Positions 61,281 to 64,000 of a DNA stretch of 64,000 nt are shown here, piece after piece. The notes under the pieces are model-generated. The model saw only the letters and a program-made list of their open reading frames with translations, searched no databases and was not told the origin of the DNA. A program made the translations under genes and the position numbers. Position 1 is the stretch's first letter. Each line of letters begins with the position of its first letter. Location: contig CAWEHK010000033.1 in NCBI GenBank assembly GCA_963808625.1, positions 128,001-192,000 of the forward strand, in the 5' to 3' direction. Source of the DNA: an uncultured delta proteobacterium (GTDB lineage: Bacteria; Desulfobacterota; Syntrophobacteria; Syntrophobacterales; Syntrophobacteraceae).

Positions 61281-63208
61281 CTCCTGAGACCTGCCATCCC
61301 GGTGCGCATCCGTTGCTCAATCTGGGATGATATTTCCAGAGCGACCGTCAGGGCGCGCCTGCCTTCAACGCCAGCCACTGCGGGAGCGTCGCCGCTCTTG
61401 ATGGCCTTCAGGAAAGTGAAAACTTCTTCTTCAAGGGCATCGCGCTCCTCGATTTCCATCTCCTCCATCGAAACCTGAGGATATCCTTCCTCATCCGGTT
61501 CTTCCTCGCGATAGACCGCATAGGCCCGGCGATCGGCATAGTCGGCAACAAGATAGGAGTTTTCCTGGAACACCCGAAGCTTGCGCATATTCTTGGTGGA
61601 AATACGACTGGCCGTGAGATTGGCGACGGCGCCGTTCGCAAATTCCATCCTAACACTGGCAATGTCGGGCAGAGCCGTCAGTACGGCAATCCCCGAAGCG
61701 CGGAGCTCTCGCAGGGGCGAATCCATGATATGCAGCACAATGTCGATATCGTGAATCATGAGATCCAGGACGACATCCACATCCAGACCCCGCTCATTAA
61801 ATAGGGCAAGGCGATCGGCTTCCACGAACATGGGGTTCCGGAGATGGGGACGGATGGCGACGAAGGCGGAATTGAAACGTTCGAGGTGCCCGATCTGCAG
61901 GATACAACCGTGGCGCTCAGCCAGAGCAATGAACTGGTCGGCCTCGGCAACGGTCTGGGTCATGGGTTTTTCCAGAAGCACATGAACGCCGGCCTCGAGG
62001 AAGTCCCTGGCAATGGGGTAGTGGAGCGGGGTGGGCGTGGCAATGCTCACCGCTTCGACCCGGCCGATAAGCTCTCGATAATCGGTGGTGAATTCGGTTT
62101 GAAGCTGAGCGGCAATCGTTTTGGCGCGGTCGCCATCGAGGTCGGCAACGGCGACGAGATTGGCTTCCGGAAGCCTTGCATATTTTTGGGAGTGAAACCC
62201 CCCGAGATAGCCGACTCCCACCACGCCGACCCGCACGGCATCGGGCGCGGCTCTTCTTACCAGGATTTTCGGCGGTGCTGGAGGCAGAGCGGGTTGCTTC
62301 CAGAGCGAGGATTCAGCGGTCCTGCCGAAAACATCCGGGCGGGCGATGCGCTCCCCGCTCTCCCCCGGTACATCTCTTTGAACGACGACGCTGATTCCGC
62401 AGGCATCGGCTGCGTCAATCATGCTTTCCTGGTCGAAGATGATGGTTTTTCCGGCTTCGATTACCAGTACTTTGGCCTTAACCCGCCTCATGGTCTCAAC
62501 GGTTTCCAGACCCACCGCCGGAACGTCAAACCGGAGGTCCTGAGTAGGCTTGCTCACCTTGATAACCACCGCGCCTTCGCGGCAGAGCTGCCCGCCGCGC
62601 AGGATCGTAGCATCGGTGCCATCGATGCCTTCCACCGCCAGGACCGACTGGTTCTTGACCACCAGGCACTGACCGATGTCCAGATGTCCCATGCCTTTGG
62701 CCAACTGCCAACCGAAAGCGATGTCCTCTTCTTCCCGTCGGTTTGGCTTGCGGCGCGTCAAAATGCCCTCAGGGGCGAGGAGTCCCGGAAGCAGAATCGT
62801 GGAGGGTTCGATGTGGATTCCTTCCGACTCCAGTTCCTGGGCAATGGCCCTGAGAATAAAATCGTCTTTTTTGTTGCGGAGTTTGTTCAGGAGCTTGACG
62901 GCGCGCCAGTCGGGGCGAATCCGCGTATAAAGCCTGGTCTTGTTGATCGCTCCGGCCATTGCCGCACGGGTGATTCCTGCCTTCTGGAAAACGCGTATCA
63001 GCCGATTGAGCTGGCCCAATTTGAGCAGATGGAATTCCTCGACATAGTTTGCCAGGGAAAGTTCCGTTTCCCCATCGAAGCCCACGGCAATGACTCGGAG
63101 GCTGGCCTCTAATGCGGCATGAGCAAAAAGGAGCGGAAATTGTCCGCTCCCTGCAATGAGCCCGATTTTGTGAAGTTCCCCTTCAGCATTCAAAGAGGCG
63201 TCAGCCAT
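61277..63208 (-). CDS. lpxI: Fusion of LpxI (UDP-2,3-diacylglucosamine pyrophosphatase) and a Gfo/Idh/MocA oxidoreductase
   Basis: N-terminal GLIAGSGQFP, DIGQ, AVEGIDGTD, KP.QDLRFDVP; C-terminal GVVGVGYLG..H, EKP, GHLERFN, DLMIHDID. Confidence 0.88.
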   Translation of the reverse strand: MADASLNAEGELHKIGLIAGSGQFPLLFAHAALEASLRVIAVGFDGETELSLANYVEEFHLLKLGQLNRLIRVFQKAGITRAAMAGAINKTRLYTRIRPDWRAVKLLNKLRNKKDDFILRAIAQELESEGIHIEPSTILLPGLLAPEGILTRRKPNRREEEDIAFGWQLAKGMGHLDIGQCLVVKNQSVLAVEGIDGTDATILRGGQLCREGAVVIKVSKPTQDLRFDVPAVGLETVETMRRVKAKVLVIEAGKTIIFDQESMIDAADACGISVVVQRDVPGESGERIARPDVFGRTAESSLWKQPALPPAPPKILVRRAAPDAVRVGVVGVGYLGGFHSQKYARLPEANLVAVADLDGDRAKTIAAQLQTEFTTDYRELIGRVEAVSIATPTPLHYPIARDFLEAGVHVLLEKPMTQTVAEADQFIALAERHGCILQIGHLERFNSAFVAIRPHLRNPMFVEADRLALFNERGLDVDVVLDLMIHDIDIVLHIMDSPLRELRASGIAVLTALPDIASVRMEFANGAVANLTASRISTKNMRKLRVFQENSYLVADYADRRAYAVYREEEPDEEGYPQVSMEEMEIEERDALEEEVFTFLKAIKSGDAPAVAGVEGRRALTVALEISSQIEQRMRTGMAGLRR

Positions 63209-63214
63209 CTGTAA

Positions 63215-63992
63215 CTACCTCGTAAACCCCCGTTTGGAACGACCCAGCATGAATTGGATGAGGTTTTCCACTTCCGGGACAGGCTCCACTTCCTGACGGA
63301 TCGTCTCGATAGCTTCAGCTACCGTCAGCCCGGATCGAAACATGATCCGGTAGCTGTTTTTCAAGCGCCTGGATGGTGGTCCTCGGGAGACCACGCCGCC
63401 TCAGCCCGACCAGGTTTGGGCCATAAAGTTTGGCTGGGGTCCCGAAAGCAAGCATGTAAGGTGGCATATCCATCCTCAACCCCGACTTTCCGCCAATAAA
63501 AGCGTAGGCGCCGATGCGAATAAACTGGTGCACGGCCACCAAACCTCCCAAGATAGCGTGATCATCAATGCGCACATGTCCTCCCAGGGTCGATACATTT
63601 GCCAGGATCACGTCGTTGCCGATGGTGCAGTCGTGAGCGACGTGGGCATAGGCCATGAGCAGATTGTGGTTGCCAATGCGGGTAATACCGCCACCCCGCT
63701 GGGTGCCGCGATTGATCGTGGTACTCTCCCGAATGATATTGTCATTCCCGATTACCACCTGAGTTTCTTCGCCTCGATAGCTCAGGTCCTGAGGAGGATA
63801 GCCAATGGTGGTAAAAGGAAAGATCTGATTGCGTTCACCAATCGTCGTCCAGCCATCAATGATAGCATGGGGTCCAACGACCGTACCGGCACCTATGGTA
63901 ACTCGCGGGCCGATGATGGAATAAGCTTCAACTTTGACATCTTCGGCCAGTTCAGCCGTGGGCGACACCACCGCAGAGGAATGAATTTCCAT
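63215..63992 (-). CDS. lpxA: Acyl-ACP--UDP-N-acetylglucosamine O-acyltransferase; frameshift near 63360
   Basis: Hexapeptide repeats, PQDL.Y.GE, RE..TINRGT, MAYAHVAHDC, HQF.RIG; C-terminus continues to ...SKRGFTR* at 63215. Confidence 0.94.
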
Positions 63993-64000
63993 ATGAGGGC

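Overview
Bacterial chromosomal window whose gene content (hopanoid genes, LpxI, futalosine-type menaquinone genes, sigma-54 regulator) suggests Desulfobacterota/former Deltaproteobacteria, possibly Syntrophobacterales; this is an impression, not a tested assignment. About 20 genes, including essential ones such as lpxA and lpxB, carry small frameshifts, most likely long-read consensus errors, so several ORF-track fragments are joined here into single genes. Core segments: a two-component pair, rarA with a liv ABC operon, a protease/PPIase pair and a hopanoid cluster (0-24.2 kb); then fabH, mrcB with a TPR lipoprotein, rlmD, mqnP/mqnL-like genes, dtxR, aroF-tyrA, an amidase and lpxA/lpxI-fusion/lpxB (42.5-64 kb). 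Accessory segments: an Rpn/beta-propeller/IS66 patch (3.3-9.1 kb) and an ~18 kb island (24.3-42.2 kb). The island starts at a dif-like site overlapping the promoter of a tyrosine recombinase. The recombinase 3' end recurs twice more as truncated mosaic copies, each heading a different AT-rich cargo block, which suggests a candidate cargo-accretion system. Next come a complete Tn3-family transposon with 40-bp IRs, a repeat-bracketed block with Patescibacteria-like genes, and Tn3/toxin-antitoxin relics. Outside the ORF track are a 28-codon Tyr-rich leader peptide with a two-terminator attenuator upstream of aroF-tyrA, a probable intragenic antitoxin start in rpn, and dispersed 7-mer, 9-mer and REP-like intergenic repeats. 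No rRNA, tRNA or CRISPR array was recognised.
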